Shown here: in pieces, positions 51,423-63,522 of the stretch
Numbering within the stretch: position 1 is the stretch's first letter
How the letters are laid out: each line of letters begins with the position of its first letter
From: an uncultured Planctomycetota bacterium
Lineage (GTDB): Bacteria > Planctomycetota > Planctomycetia > Isosphaerales > Isosphaeraceae
Direction of reading: 5' to 3'
Assembly (NCBI GenBank): GCA_963845755.1
Contig: CAWJTV010000029.1
Location: 64,001 to 128,000 of the forward strand
DNA: 64,000 nucleotides
The notes under the pieces: generated by a model
Told to the model about the DNA's origin: nothing
The model's database searches: none
The model's input: the letters and a program-made list of their open reading frames with translations, nothing else
Position numbers and translations under genes: made by a program

Positions 51423-53169
51423 CTACGTCACTTGAGGTTGCGAGGCCATCGCTTGACCGCCAAGTCGGCCAGGCGCCTCTGGCGTTCCTCGATTAGTCCG
51501 ATCGTCCACTTGTCCGGGTCCCTTCTTCGTGCGCTCGATTACATCGGCGGTTAACAAGATGTTGCTGGACCTCGAGATGACGGGCCGCTTCTCCGAGAAT
51601 GGCTTATCGTTGATTCCGCCGTTGTCCTTGGCTTTTAGCAGCACCATGTTCCCCAGCCGATTGCAATAAAGCTTCCGCTGTTCGTCTGTGAAGTGCCCCC
51701 ATCCTCTTATGACCGCCGGATTCTTGGGGAGGATATGTTCCAAGCTGAGCATGGTGGTATCTGCAACAGGCCTTAACAGTTCATCTGGGCTGCCTCCATG
51801 CGCCTCCTCCTCCAGCCTTGCGCAGGAAGAATCTCGCCTGTCTGCTGGATGTCAAGGTCTTCCTGCAAAATGCCGCATAGAACTTGGGATCGCTCGGTAT
51901 AACCTTATCGACACTGTGCTGGCGAGTTGTTTCGCCGTTTTGATCTCGTCCATCCTGATAGCGTGCGCTGCATTGCCTGAGAGCTGATTCGGCCGCGCCG
52001 CTCCGGCTCCCACCCGCGATCAGGAAGCGGACGACCCATGAGACGAGCAGGCGGAATGCCTTCTGTGCCTCCGAAGGAGTGAAACGTGCGGCGATAGACA
52101 GCGTGAGTGGCCGAATGAAGCTCATCTTTAGCTCTTGGGAAATTTGATCAACGCAAATGCTAACCTGCTGTTGATATTGTCCCCACTTCGCATGTCGGCC
52201 GGATTCAGGATCGCGGCGTAGTCGCTCGCATAGTTCGCCAAGGCTTCCAGGAACTGAAGCGATGGCGCCCTGCCGACGATCTTGTCTTCCATGTAATCAA
52301 ATATATTGTCTAATTTAATCGGCCCGAAGAACACGATGCTGACGTGGTGCAGATATGCTAGCAAAGGGTCTCCGTCGAAGGGCCGAATGACCCCCTCAAT
52401 CGAACTCCGCATGGTTGACCATTTTGCTTGAGCCTCATCGACGCGATTCGTCGGCATGTTCAAATAGATGATTCTTAATCATATCTGCCTGAGTAGTCCT
52501 CTGCACTCGGTCGTTCTGCGTCTTGAACATCTGATATGCACGAGACGCATTCTTGGCGGTGAGCCTCGCCACCACGGCCTTGTTATCGATGAAGTCAACC
52601 CAGGCGTTTAACGCATCCACTTTGCCGGAGTCGCTGTCGGCGTTGGCCATGATCGTGCGGACCCTGTCGGCGGCGATCTCTGTCGCCCCATCGATGAGAC
52701 GATGCGAATAGAACCGCTTCGTCGGTTCGTCCTTCCTGTCCCCCTCGCGGACCAGTACGCGAGCCATCATGTACTCGCGGTCATCGGTGTTGAGGGTAAG
52801 CCTTGGGACGTTCTCTCGAATTCTCCGGTCGCGCTTGAATAGAAAATCGTCTTCGATCGACTTGGCTTCTTCGACTTGGCCGAGACGAAGAAATGCGTCT
52901 CGTACGGCCGCGAGAAAGATGCTGGTCGTCGCGAGTCGTTGCTGACCGTCAACGACGCTTGGCGGGGACCCCTGCGTCAACACGATGGTCCCGAGAAAAT
53001 AAGGGACGCTCTTCGAGACAGCCTGATTCAGATCGTCAAACAACTTCTTTACACGTACATCTTTCCATGAATATTCGCGCTGGTGATTCGGAACGCGCAG
53101 AGGCCCATTCCGGAGGGCGCCTCCTAGGGTCTCCCGAACCACATCGATGAATTGTTCGGCCTCAGTCAT
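51423..53169 (-). CDS. GmrSD-family DUF262 + DUF1524 (HNH) protein, several frameshifts
   Basis: VPNHQREYSW, YFLGTIV, VVDGQQRLAT, FKTQNDR, DMIKNHLF; C-terminal LEHILP...NRLGNMVLL..N. Confidence 0.85.
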
Positions 53170-53220
53170 CGGAACCCCCCTCGCTGGGCTTCATGAATGC
53201 TACCGGCTCCCCGACATTGT

Positions 53221-53403
53221 CTAACTCTCGAAATGCCGCACAGCGCAAAGACGCTCCCGAACCCATACAGATAACGGGACTCCTGCGATTTCTGCCGCTC
53301 GCGCGAAAGCCACCTTTTCCGTCGCGGCAATGCGCAGGTTGAACGGCACGTCCTTTTTGTCGCGCGAACGACCCTTGCCCGATTTGTGTCTTGAGGTATC
53401 CAT
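53221..53403 (-). CDS. Small ribbon-helix-helix-type DNA-binding protein
   Basis: FNLRIAATEKVAFARAAEIAGVPLSVWVRERL, beta-alpha-alpha pattern. Confidence 0.7.
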   Translation of the reverse strand: MDTSRHKSGKGRSRDKKDVPFNLRIAATEKVAFARAAEIAGVPLSVWVRERLCAVRHFES

Positions 53404-53408
53404 AGCCC

Positions 53409-53475
53409 GATTGTAACGCAATTCAATTTACAAGTCAAGCAAAAAATCTGATTGTAACGCAATTTGCGTTACAAT
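53409..53475 (-). promoter_or_regulatory. Sigma70 promoter overlapped by a repeated operator
   Basis: TTGACT(53438-33)-17bp-TACAAT(53415-10); ATTGTAACGCAA at 53410, at 53451, and inverted at 53464-53475. Confidence 0.8.
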
Positions 53476-53565
53476 TGGTGTGGGTAAAGAAAAACTCCGG
53501 CCGGCTGTTAGAAGCAACCAACCGGGGGTCAGACACATCCGGGTGGGAATCCGAATGGCTGTCTA

Positions 53566-55012
53566 GATGTCCGTTTCGTAAATCGCCCGCCAGTTTTCGG
53601 GGATCTGGACAAGCCACGTAGTTTTTGAGATCAAAGGGATATCGTTTCGGAGATTTCCTCAAGGCTCCTCCATCACGGATGTCACCGATGCCTTTTCCCT
53701 TCGCAGAGACGGTCTCACCGACGGACGCCCAGCGCGCTCAACTGGAGGGGCTGGTTCGTGCCAGGTCCACGCCCCAAGCCTTGGCCTTCCGCTGTCGCTT
53801 GATCCTTCGAGCTGCTGAGGAAGACCAGCCGACCAACCTCCAGATCGCCGCCGAGTTCCACTGCGATCGCCACACTGTGGGCGACCTGGCGGAGCCGCTA
53901 TCTGGTTCACGGTTTGGCCGGGGCTTCAAGATGCTCCGCGGTCGGGCCGACCGCGGAGCTTTTCCCCCCTCGGAACGGCTCGATGTGATCTCCTTGGCTA
54001 GCAGCACCCCGGGCCCACCGGATACCCCGGCCACGCGGTGGGCTCTCGATGACTTGGCGGCCGCCCTCATCAACCGGGCCGCCCATGACCGTGCCATGAG
54101 TCGCTCGACGATCTGGAGGACCCTGGACCAAGCCGATCTCAAGCCACACCGCAGCGTCTACTGGCTCAACAGCCACGATCCCGACTTCGACGCCAAGGCC
54201 CTGGCGATTTGCAAGCTCTACCTGGAAGCACCCGTGATGTACCAACGAGGACGGCTGCTGATCTGCTGTGACGAGAAGACGGGGATGCAGGCGTTGGGAC
54301 GGACTCATCCCACCCAACCGGCTCGGCCGGGCAAGCCCGCCCAGGCGCGAGCAAGACTACATCCGCTATGGGACACGGGCCTTGATCACCTCGTTCATCG
54401 TGGCGACCGGTGAAGTGATCGGCGATTTGGGACCGACCCGAACCAGTGTCGATTTCGCGGCGCATTTGGGACACGTCGCGGGCCAGTTCCCCGAAATCTT
54501 CGGGTGTGACTGGGTCGTGGACAACCTCAACACGCATTGGAGCCGGGACGTCTGCCGGCTGATGGCGGAACTCTGCGGTGTCCCGTTCGTGGCGGCGGAA
54601 TTGCGCACGGGCCGGCAACGGCGCACCTTCCTGACGGACCCGACTCACAAGCATGTATTTCATTTCACCCCGACGCATGGCTCCTGGCTCAATCAAGTGG
54701 AGTTGTGGTTCAGCGTGCTGACGCGACGGTTCCTCAGACACGGCGATTTCGCGTTCGATGGCGGATTTCGAGGCCCGGCTGCTCGGCTTCCTCGAGGACT
54801 ACAACCGGTCTCATGCCCATCCCTACCAGTGGACCTACAACGGGAACGCCGTTGGTTCGCGGGATTCCGTTCAGTCAGACACGTCGCCAACAACAGCAGG
54901 GACATGCCTGGTTCAGCCCACGGCCGCAACGGTTTCAACGGGACCTTTACCCTCCAAGGCCCTACAATCGACGACTCAAGAAAACTGGCTAAGAACTTAC
55001 GAAACGGACATC
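53566..55012 (+). mobile_element. IS630-family insertion sequence (transposase frameshifted)
   Basis: Perfect 16-bp TIR GATGTCCGTTTCGTAA, flanking TA in CTAG context; HTH, DEKTGMQAL, YIRYGT, DNLNTH, HFTPTHGSWLNQVELWF. Confidence 0.95.
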
Positions 55013-55177
55013 TAGTAGTACTCCGTTAGATTTCCAGGCCAAAGGACGCGAGTCGGCTTTCACACAAGACTCATGGCATCGAGGCAATTTGATGCATCAA
55101 GTCTGCTTGATGTCATAAGTCATTATCCACAAATAGGTAACGTCAAAATGTCCTCTCGATCTAACGGAGTAGTACTA
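55013..55177. mobile_element. MITE-like 165-bp element
   Basis: TAGTAGTACTCCGTTAGAT / ATCTAACGGAGTAGTACTA, 18/19 IR; AT-rich non-coding interior. Confidence 0.65.
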
Positions 55178-55326
55178 ACCCCGTCCCTCTCGGCGGGGTT
55201 TTCCTTAGACCCGTCGAATCCGGATAAAAGTGCAGAATCGCCTTCTGGACATTTATTCAGTAGTTTTCCGGGACAAAAGTGCAATGCCTCGAAAAGAGGG
55301 GGATTGGCAGTTGGAATCACGTGCAT

Positions 55327-55962
55327 TCAGCGTCGCGATGATGGGGAGCCCGCCCGGCGAGTGAGTACCAGTTCCATGATCAGCCGTTCCTTGCCGTCGG
55401 CGGTGGAGTTGTACTGACGATGAACGATACGTTCGGCCGATGTCCTCGATCCGGCTGACGGTCCGCGAGGGTGGCGGACCTGGCCCCTGGCCGTTGGCGG
55501 TGGCACGATCATCCAACGACTGGCTGAACAGGACGATCTGCTTTCCGTCGAATGGCTCGCGGCTCTGCCGGAACGACATCCGGGTCTGGCGAGAATCGGT
55601 CCAGACGGTGGTGAAGCGGCCCGTCTGAGGATCGAAGCCGGTGAGACCCAGCCCCGATGTCTTGCGGCCGTCCTGCTCGAAGACGAACTCCGACTGAAGG
55701 AACCGGCCGTCGTGGATCATCGTCTGGCGGCAGGTCCCCGGCGCCGGGACGGCGCGCCGCCGGATCGCGGATAGAACGTCTTGACGACGTCCCATTCCCC
55801 GACGAATGCCTCGAGGTACTTCTGGCCCGCCCCCGGACCGGACCGAAGCTCGTAAGCTGGACTGAGCATCTTTGCTCGCCTTGGGCTGCTGCACCGAACG
55901 GCACCGGCAGAACACGTCAACGTAGCGACCAAAATTACCGCCATCCGGTCACGGTATCTCAT
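55327..55962 (-). CDS. DUF1579-like exported protein (frameshifted)
   Basis: FVGEWDV, IHDGRFLQSEF, GLGLTGFDPQTGRFTTVWTDS. Confidence 0.7.
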
Positions 55963-56159
55963 GATCCAGGCCCTCCTTCTGGGCTCTCATTCTATCCTCA
56001 AACCCCGCTAAGCTCGATCGTTTCGCGTCGGTGCGATGAAGAACTCGGTCGGTCACCTTGGTCGGCTTGGGGTTTTCCACCCAAGGCCGAGATGGTAGAT
56101 TTTGATGGACTTTTGTTGAATACCGCTGTGGGCTCCTGATCGCGGAGGCGGGAATACGC

Positions 56160-58514
56160 ATGATGACCCGCTGGACGGCCTTCACCCTGATCCTCTTGAT
56201 CCCGCCCTGTTCGAATGCGTGGGCCGGCGGTGCCGGGTCAGACGACGACCCCGAGGACTTCTTCGAGCGCAAAGTCCGCCCGATCCTCGCGGGTACGTGC
56301 GTGAAATGCCACGGGCCCGTGAAGGCCAGCGGCGGGCTGCGAGTCGACTCGCGCGAGGCGATACTCAAGGGCGGTGAGACGGGGCCGGCGGTCGTGCCCG
56401 GCGACGCCGAAGAGGAGCCTCTTGATCCAGGCAGTCCAGCACGAAGACGAATCACTGGAGATGCCGCCGGGCAAGTGGCTGCCGGGTTCGGTGCGGGCCG
56501 ACCTCGCCGCCTGGGTCGCCGACGGCGCAAGGTGGCCGAAGCCGGTCCCGTCGACTCGGTCGATCTCCGGACAGAAACATTGGGCCTTCGAGCCACTGGG
56601 CGGCGTCGTTCCACCCGACGATCCGACCGGATGGGCCGAGCGACCGCTCGATCGGTTCATCGCATCTGGCCATCGTCATTACGCACTGCGACCCGCTCGC
56701 CCAGCCAGCCGCCAGGCGCTGATCCGCCGCGCCTTCCTTCGACCTGATCGGCCTGCCGCCGACTCCGGAGCGGGTCGAGGCGTTCCTCGCCGACAACCGC
56801 CCCGACGCCTACGAACGCCTGGTCGACGAATTGCTCGCCTCGCCCCATTACGGCGAGCGCTGGGGTCGTTACTGGCTCGACCTCGCCCGCTACGCCGACA
56901 CCGCCGGGGATAACTCCGATTACCCCATCCCCCAGGCGTACCTCTATCGCGATTACGTCATCGACGCGTTCAACGCCGACGTCCCTTATAACCGCTTCCT
57001 CCACGAGCAGCTCGCCGGAGATATCCTTGCCGCCGACGGCCCGCCCGGGGATTACGCCCGACAGGTCATCGCGACCGGTTTCATCGCCCAGGCCAAGCGG
57101 TTCGGAACGAACAAGCTGGAAGACATCCACCAGATCATCGAGGACACGCTGAACACGACCGGCCAGGTCGTTCTCGGCCTCTCGTTCCGATGCGCACGAT
57201 GCCACGACCACAAGTACGATCCGGTCACGTCGCGCGACTATTACGCCCTCTACGGCTTCTTCGCCAGCACGAAGTATCCGTTCGCAGGGGCCGAGGAATT
57301 GAAGAGCCCGAGCGACTTCGTGCCGCTGGTCCCCCCCGCCGAGGCGAAGATCCGCCAGTCGAAGCACGCCGAGGCGATCTCACAATTGAAGGCCAAGATC
57401 GAGCGGACCGATAACCCGACGAGCCTCAAGGCGCTGCGCGCGGAGCTGGCCCGCAAGGAGAAGGAGACGCCGATTGCCGGCGCACTCGTGGCCTATGCCG
57501 TCCGCGAAGGCCCAGCCGACCGATGCGAAGCTCCAGAAAGGCGGCGATCCGCACAACCTCGGCGCGGTCATCCCTCGCGGAGTGCCGAAGTGCCTCGACC
57601 CGAATCCTTCCCTGGCGATCCCCGAGGAGGCGAGCGGACGGCTCCAGCTCGCCCGCTGGCTGACCGAGGGTCCACCGCGCGCCCTGACCGCGCGGGTGAT
57701 GGTCAACCGGATCTGGCAGCACCACTTCGGCAAACCGATCGTGGCGACGCCGTCCGATTTCGGACTCCGCGGTACGCCACCGACCCACCCCGACCTACTC
57801 GACTGGCTGGCCCGTGCGTTCATCGACTCCGGCTGGTCGGTCAAGGCGATGCATCGGACGATCATGCTCTCGCGGACGTACCAGCTCGCCGCGGAAGGCG
57901 AGACGTCCAACGCCGAGACCGACACGGGCAACGCCTGGTACTGGCGATTCGACCGTCGTCCGCTCGATGCCGAGGCGCTTCGCGACACCCTCCTCGATCT
58001 CGCCGGCCGCCTCGACCGATCCCGACCTGGCCCCCACCCCTTCCCGGCCGCGACCTCCTGGGGATTCACGGCCCATCACCAGTTCAAGGCGGTGTATGAC
58101 TCGGATCACCGCAGCGTCTACCTGATGGTCCAGCGCCTCCACCCTCACCCGTACCTCGCGCTCTTCAACGGCCCCGACACGAGCCTGTCCACCGCCGTGC
58201 GCGACGACGCGTTCTTGCCACTCCAGGCCCTCTTCCTCTTGAATAGCCCATTCGTCCACGAACAAGCCGCACGGTTCGGGCGGTCGTTGATCGAACGGGA
58301 ACCCGACGCCAAGGAGCGAGTCCGCCTGGCTTACCTGCGCGCCTACTCGCGACCGCCATCGGGACAGGAAGCGGGCCGAGCATCCGACTACCTGCAGCGC
58401 TACGAGAAACTCCTCGCCGAGGAGGGCATCCCCGCCGACCGTCGAAGCCTGGAATCCTGGTCGAGCCTGGTCCGAACGCTGTTGGCCTCGAACGAATTCC
58501 TCTATGTTGATTAG
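56160..58514 (+). CDS. Planctomycete cytochrome c PSCyt1-DUF1549-DUF1553 protein (frameshifted)
   Basis: FFERKVRPIL..CVKCH, HWAF, SPHYGERWGRYWLDLARYAD, CARCHDHK, RVMVNRIWQHHFG, PTHPDLLDWLA, SNEFLYVD. Confidence 0.92.
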
Positions 58515-58570
58515 ACGCAATCTCTCACCACGGTGACCGCGAACTGATGGAGAGAAGGATCGAACTCATT

Positions 58571-58719
58571 CACCACAGAGTCACAGAGCACACAGAGAAC
58601 ACCAAGCTGCGTCGTAGTCCCCGAGCGCACGAGGAATCGTTTCCTCCCGCAACTTTGGACCGAAATGCAGTATTCATAGGATTTTCTGTATTCTCGGTGT
58701 TCTCTGTGACTCTGTGGTG
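58571..58719. repeat. REP-like inverted repeat
   Basis: CACCACAGAGTCACAGAG...CTCTGTGACTCTGTGGTG. Confidence 0.85.
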
Positions 58720-58757
58720 AGTAATCCGAGTTAGACCGGTGACTGAGGACCTGCACC

Positions 58758-60134
<1,377 letters not shown>

Positions 60135-60243
60135 ACCGCGTACCGTAAGAAACGATCCGACAACAACATCCGGCCTTTGTAGGGTGGGTGAAACCCACCA
60201 GGTATTCGCCCGATCTTGAACTCGGCAACCATGAGCGCCGAGG

Positions 60244-60608
60244 TCACGGTTGATAGAGCGGAACGCCCACGGCTTGGGCGGAGGCCTTGAGCGGGGCGTC
60301 GAGTGTGGCAATCGGCAGACCTTGCTGTAGCGCCAGCTCGAGATACGAAGCGCCGCATGAGGTCAGCCCGAGCGGGCGGTCAAGGCTGATGGTGTCGGAC
60401 CAAGCCCGTGCTTCGGTCTGACTGTCCAACACGACCGGCATCGGGGAGAGGTACGACAGCCACTTCCCGCTTCTCGACGGTCTCGGGCGGGACCAGCATC
60501 GCCACGGGATCGCCCCGATTGGTGATGAGAATCCGCTCCCCTTGGCCACCCGCTCGAGGAGCCCGCTGAGATGGGTCTTCGCTTCGAAAATGTGCCAGCG
60601 CTGGTCAT
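60244..60608 (-). pseudogene. Phd/YefM antitoxin joined by internal deletion to a PIN toxin C-terminus
   Basis: FEAKTHLSGLLERVAKGERILITNRGDPVAMLVP, then ASYLELALQQGLPIATLDAPL in another frame. Confidence 0.7.
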
Positions 60609-60671
60609 GGGGCCTCCAGAGAGCGAGTTTACCAAAACTAGTTTATACTGCGCGTGGCCTCTGGGGACACT

Positions 60672-60725
60672 AACCCGAAGCGTGAGCGAGGGCGTCAAAC
60701 CGTTGCCTCGTTGACACTTCGGGTT
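60672..60725. repeat. REP-like hairpin
   Basis: AACCCGAAGCGTGAGCGAGG...CCTCGTTGACACTTCGGGTT. Confidence 0.7.
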
Positions 60726-61355
60726 GGTATGGAATGTCTCATTTCTGACCGCGTGCGGTATATCATGGTCATCGGCCAATTCCGTTCCTCGTTCAGGAAT
60801 CCGTGGTCGGGATAGCCCCGAGGAACATCAGCGCCGGGTGTTTTGGATCCCCATTGCACCGGGCGGTTCGGGCCATGCGGCGTTCCACAGTCCCCCGCTC
60901 TTTTTTTTCTTGCAATTTTTTTATCTCCTGCCCAGATCGAGAGTTCGGAAGCGCAGATACCCCAGTTCGGCACTAGGTGCATTAACATTTTTTGAAAGTT
61001 GAGGCATCCTGATAGATAGGAAGACTTACCATGCCTTCAACCCATCAAGAAACCGGACCGGACCGTCCCGGGACTCGCTTGTCCCGAACTCGTTTCAGCC
61101 CAAAGAGATCGGCCACGGCGGCCCGTCGAAATGTTGTCACATTTATGCCAGCGCGTGCCGCGATCCGCGGTGGGCGATGTCCCTCTTCCGGCCGATGGCG
61201 AAGCGTTGATCTCCAAGGACTCCCGACTCCGATCCCTTTGCAACCCGGATCCTTCGCGATCGGAGGGTCAGGATGTTGCCCGCCGGCGACTTGCGTGGCA
61301 GACTGTGGGCTCTGCGGCGGTTCAGCGTGATCGGGCCTCAGGGAGAAGATGAGCC

Positions 61356-63476
61356 ATGAGACGAAGCACAGGCATCGCGATCGTTCTGACGGCGTTCGGG
61401 GCGGCTTCGGCCACACCCCTATCGAGGGCACAATCGCCCGCGGAGTTCGTGCAGACGGCGGCGTTCGCGGCCGCTCAACAGAACCAGGACGGCGGCTTCG
61501 CCGCCAAGGCCGGAGGGCCATCGAGCCTGGGTTCGACCAATGCCGGGCTGAGGGTCCTCCGCCACGTGGGGGGCTCGGTGCCGGACGTCCTGGCCTGCGT
61601 GAGGTATGTCAACTCATGCCGGACCGCCGACGGCGGATTCTCCGCCACGCCCGGCGGGAAGTCCGAGTTCATCACCACGGCCCTCGGCCTGCTGGCCGCC
61701 TCCGAGCTGAAGATCACCGACCCGAAGATGATCCGTGGGGCCGTCGCCTATCTGGGCCGGCACGCGCGGAGCTTCGAGGAGGTCCGGATGGCCGCGGCCG
61801 GGCTGGAGGCCATCGGCGTCGCCTCGCCCGATATCCCCAGGTGGTTCACCCAGATCCAGGACATGCGGAACCCGGACGGGACCTTTGGGGCGGGGCCGAA
61901 CCAGGCGTTCCTCACGGGCGGGGCGACCGCCGCGATCCTCCGGTTCGGCATGAGGGTCGACCGGCGCGAGGCGATCGTCGCGGCGATCAAGGCCGGACAG
62001 CGGCCCGAGGGCGGCTGGTCCAAGGATGACGGCCCGCCGGACCTGTCGAGCAGTTATCGCGTCATGAGGGCGATGTACATGCTTCGCGAGAGGCCCGACA
62101 TCGACCGGCTCATGGCGTTCGTCGCGAGCTGCCGGAAGCCGGATGGGAGCTACACGAGCACACCGGGGGGCGCCGGCGACCTCGGCGGCGCCTACCTGGG
62201 GACGATCCTCATCCACTGGACCCGACAGCTCCTCGGCCTGCCCGCGGTCGTCGAGACGGCCGGCTTTGCCCCGCTCGTCAACGGCGACCTGGCCGGTTGG
62301 GAAGGGGACACCCAGCTCTGGTCAACCCGGGACGGCGTGCTCATCGGCCGATCCCCGGGGCTGGATCATAACGAGTTCCTGGCCACCAACCGCGCCTACG
62401 GCGACTTCATCCTCTCGGTCAACTTCCGGATGCGCGACGGCAAGGGGAACAGCGGCGTCCAGTTCCGCAGCGTCCGGATCCCCGGGCACGAGATGAAAGG
62501 CTACCAGGCCGACCTCGGCGAGGGCTTCTCGGGCGCCCTGTACGATGAATCGCGCCGGAACATGGTCCTGGTCTACCCCAGGTCCGATGCGATCCGGACG
62601 CTGAACCGTTCCGACTGGAACCGATACGTCATCCGCGCCATGGGCGACCGGATCACGCTGACGCTCAACGGCCAGGACTCGGTCCGGGATTACCATGAGG
62701 CCGATTCGGGGATCGATCGATCCGGCCTCCTGGCCGTGCAGATCCATGCCGGCGGGCCGATGGAAATCCAGTTCCGAGACCTGATGATCCAGGCCCTGCC
62801 CACCCCCACGGCGGAGAATCCCAACCAACCCGGTTTCCACCTGCGGACGGTCAAGACCGACCAGGGCGATCGGAAATACACAGTCTACGTGCCCGAAGGC
62901 TACGACGGCTCGAAGTCCTTTCCCGTGATCCTGTTCCTCCACGGCGCCGGGGAACGCGGCGACGACGGGATCACCCCGGCCCAGGTGGGGCTCGGTCCGG
63001 CCATCCTCAATCGTCCGGGCGGCATTCCGGCGATCGTCGTGTTCCCGCAGGCGCGCCGCACCTGGTCGGCCGGCTCGCCCGATAGCATCGCCGCCCTCAA
63101 GGCCCTCGATGATGTCCTCGGCGAGTACAAGACCGAACGGAACCGTGTCATCTTGACCGGCCTGTCGATGGGCGGACATGGGAGCTGGGACCTCGCCACC
63201 GCGCAGGCCGACCGATTCGCCGCCGCCGTCCCGATCTGCGGGCCCGGCGAACCCGAGGCGGTCAACCGGCTCAAGGCGCTGCCGATCTGGACGTTCTGCG
63301 GTGACGCCGATCGCGATGAGACTGTGCTCAACCTTCGCTCCATGGTCGAATCTCTCCGGCGCGAGGGCGCCTCGGCTCGCCTTACCGAGTATCGCGGCGT
63401 CGGTCACAATAGCTGGGACCGTGCCTATAATAATCCTGAGCTGATCGAGTGGATGCTCGCCCAGCGACGGCCCTGA
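61356..63476 (+). CDS. Exported fusion: prenyltransferase/squalene-cyclase-like repeats + DUF1080 + alpha/beta hydrolase
   Basis: QNQDGGF, RNPDGTF, QRPEGGW; NSGVQFRS, GYQADLG, QIHAG; LFLHGAGERG, GLSMGG, GHNSW. Confidence 0.85.
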   Translation: MRRSTGIAIVLTAFGAASATPLSRAQSPAEFVQTAAFAAAQQNQDGGFAAKAGGPSSLGSTNAGLRVLRHVGGSVPDVLACVRYVNSCRTADGGFSATPGGKSEFITTALGLLAASELKITDPKMIRGAVAYLGRHARSFEEVRMAAAGLEAIGVASPDIPRWFTQIQDMRNPDGTFGAGPNQAFLTGGATAAILRFGMRVDRREAIVAAIKAGQRPEGGWSKDDGPPDLSSSYRVMRAMYMLRERPDIDRLMAFVASCRKPDGSYTSTPGGAGDLGGAYLGTILIHWTRQLLGLPAVVETAGFAPLVNGDLAGWEGDTQLWSTRDGVLIGRSPGLDHNEFLATNRAYGDFILSVNFRMRDGKGNSGVQFRSVRIPGHEMKGYQADLGEGFSGALYDESRRNMVLVYPRSDAIRTLNRSDWNRYVIRAMGDRITLTLNGQDSVRDYHEADSGIDRSGLLAVQIHAGGPMEIQFRDLMIQALPTPTAENPNQPGFHLRTVKTDQGDRKYTVYVPEGYDGSKSFPVILFLHGAGERGDDGITPAQVGLGPAILNRPGGIPAIVVFPQARRTWSAGSPDSIAALKALDDVLGEYKTERNRVILTGLSMGGHGSWDLATAQADRFAAAVPICGPGEPEAVNRLKALPIWTFCGDADRDETVLNLRSMVESLRREGASARLTEYRGVGHNSWDRAYNNPELIEWMLAQRRP

Positions 63477-63522
63477 CCGGCATTCGTGGTCGGCGGTCGG
63501 TTTGAGGAGGGGGGAGGCAACG

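Noticed and set aside
55123..55131. Perfect DnaA box TTATCCACA
   Set aside because: Single copy inside a MITE-like element; no box cluster or dnaA context
60780..60900. Possible riboswitch in a GC-rich intergenic segment
   Set aside because: Could not match any riboswitch consensus by eye; needs an Rfam search
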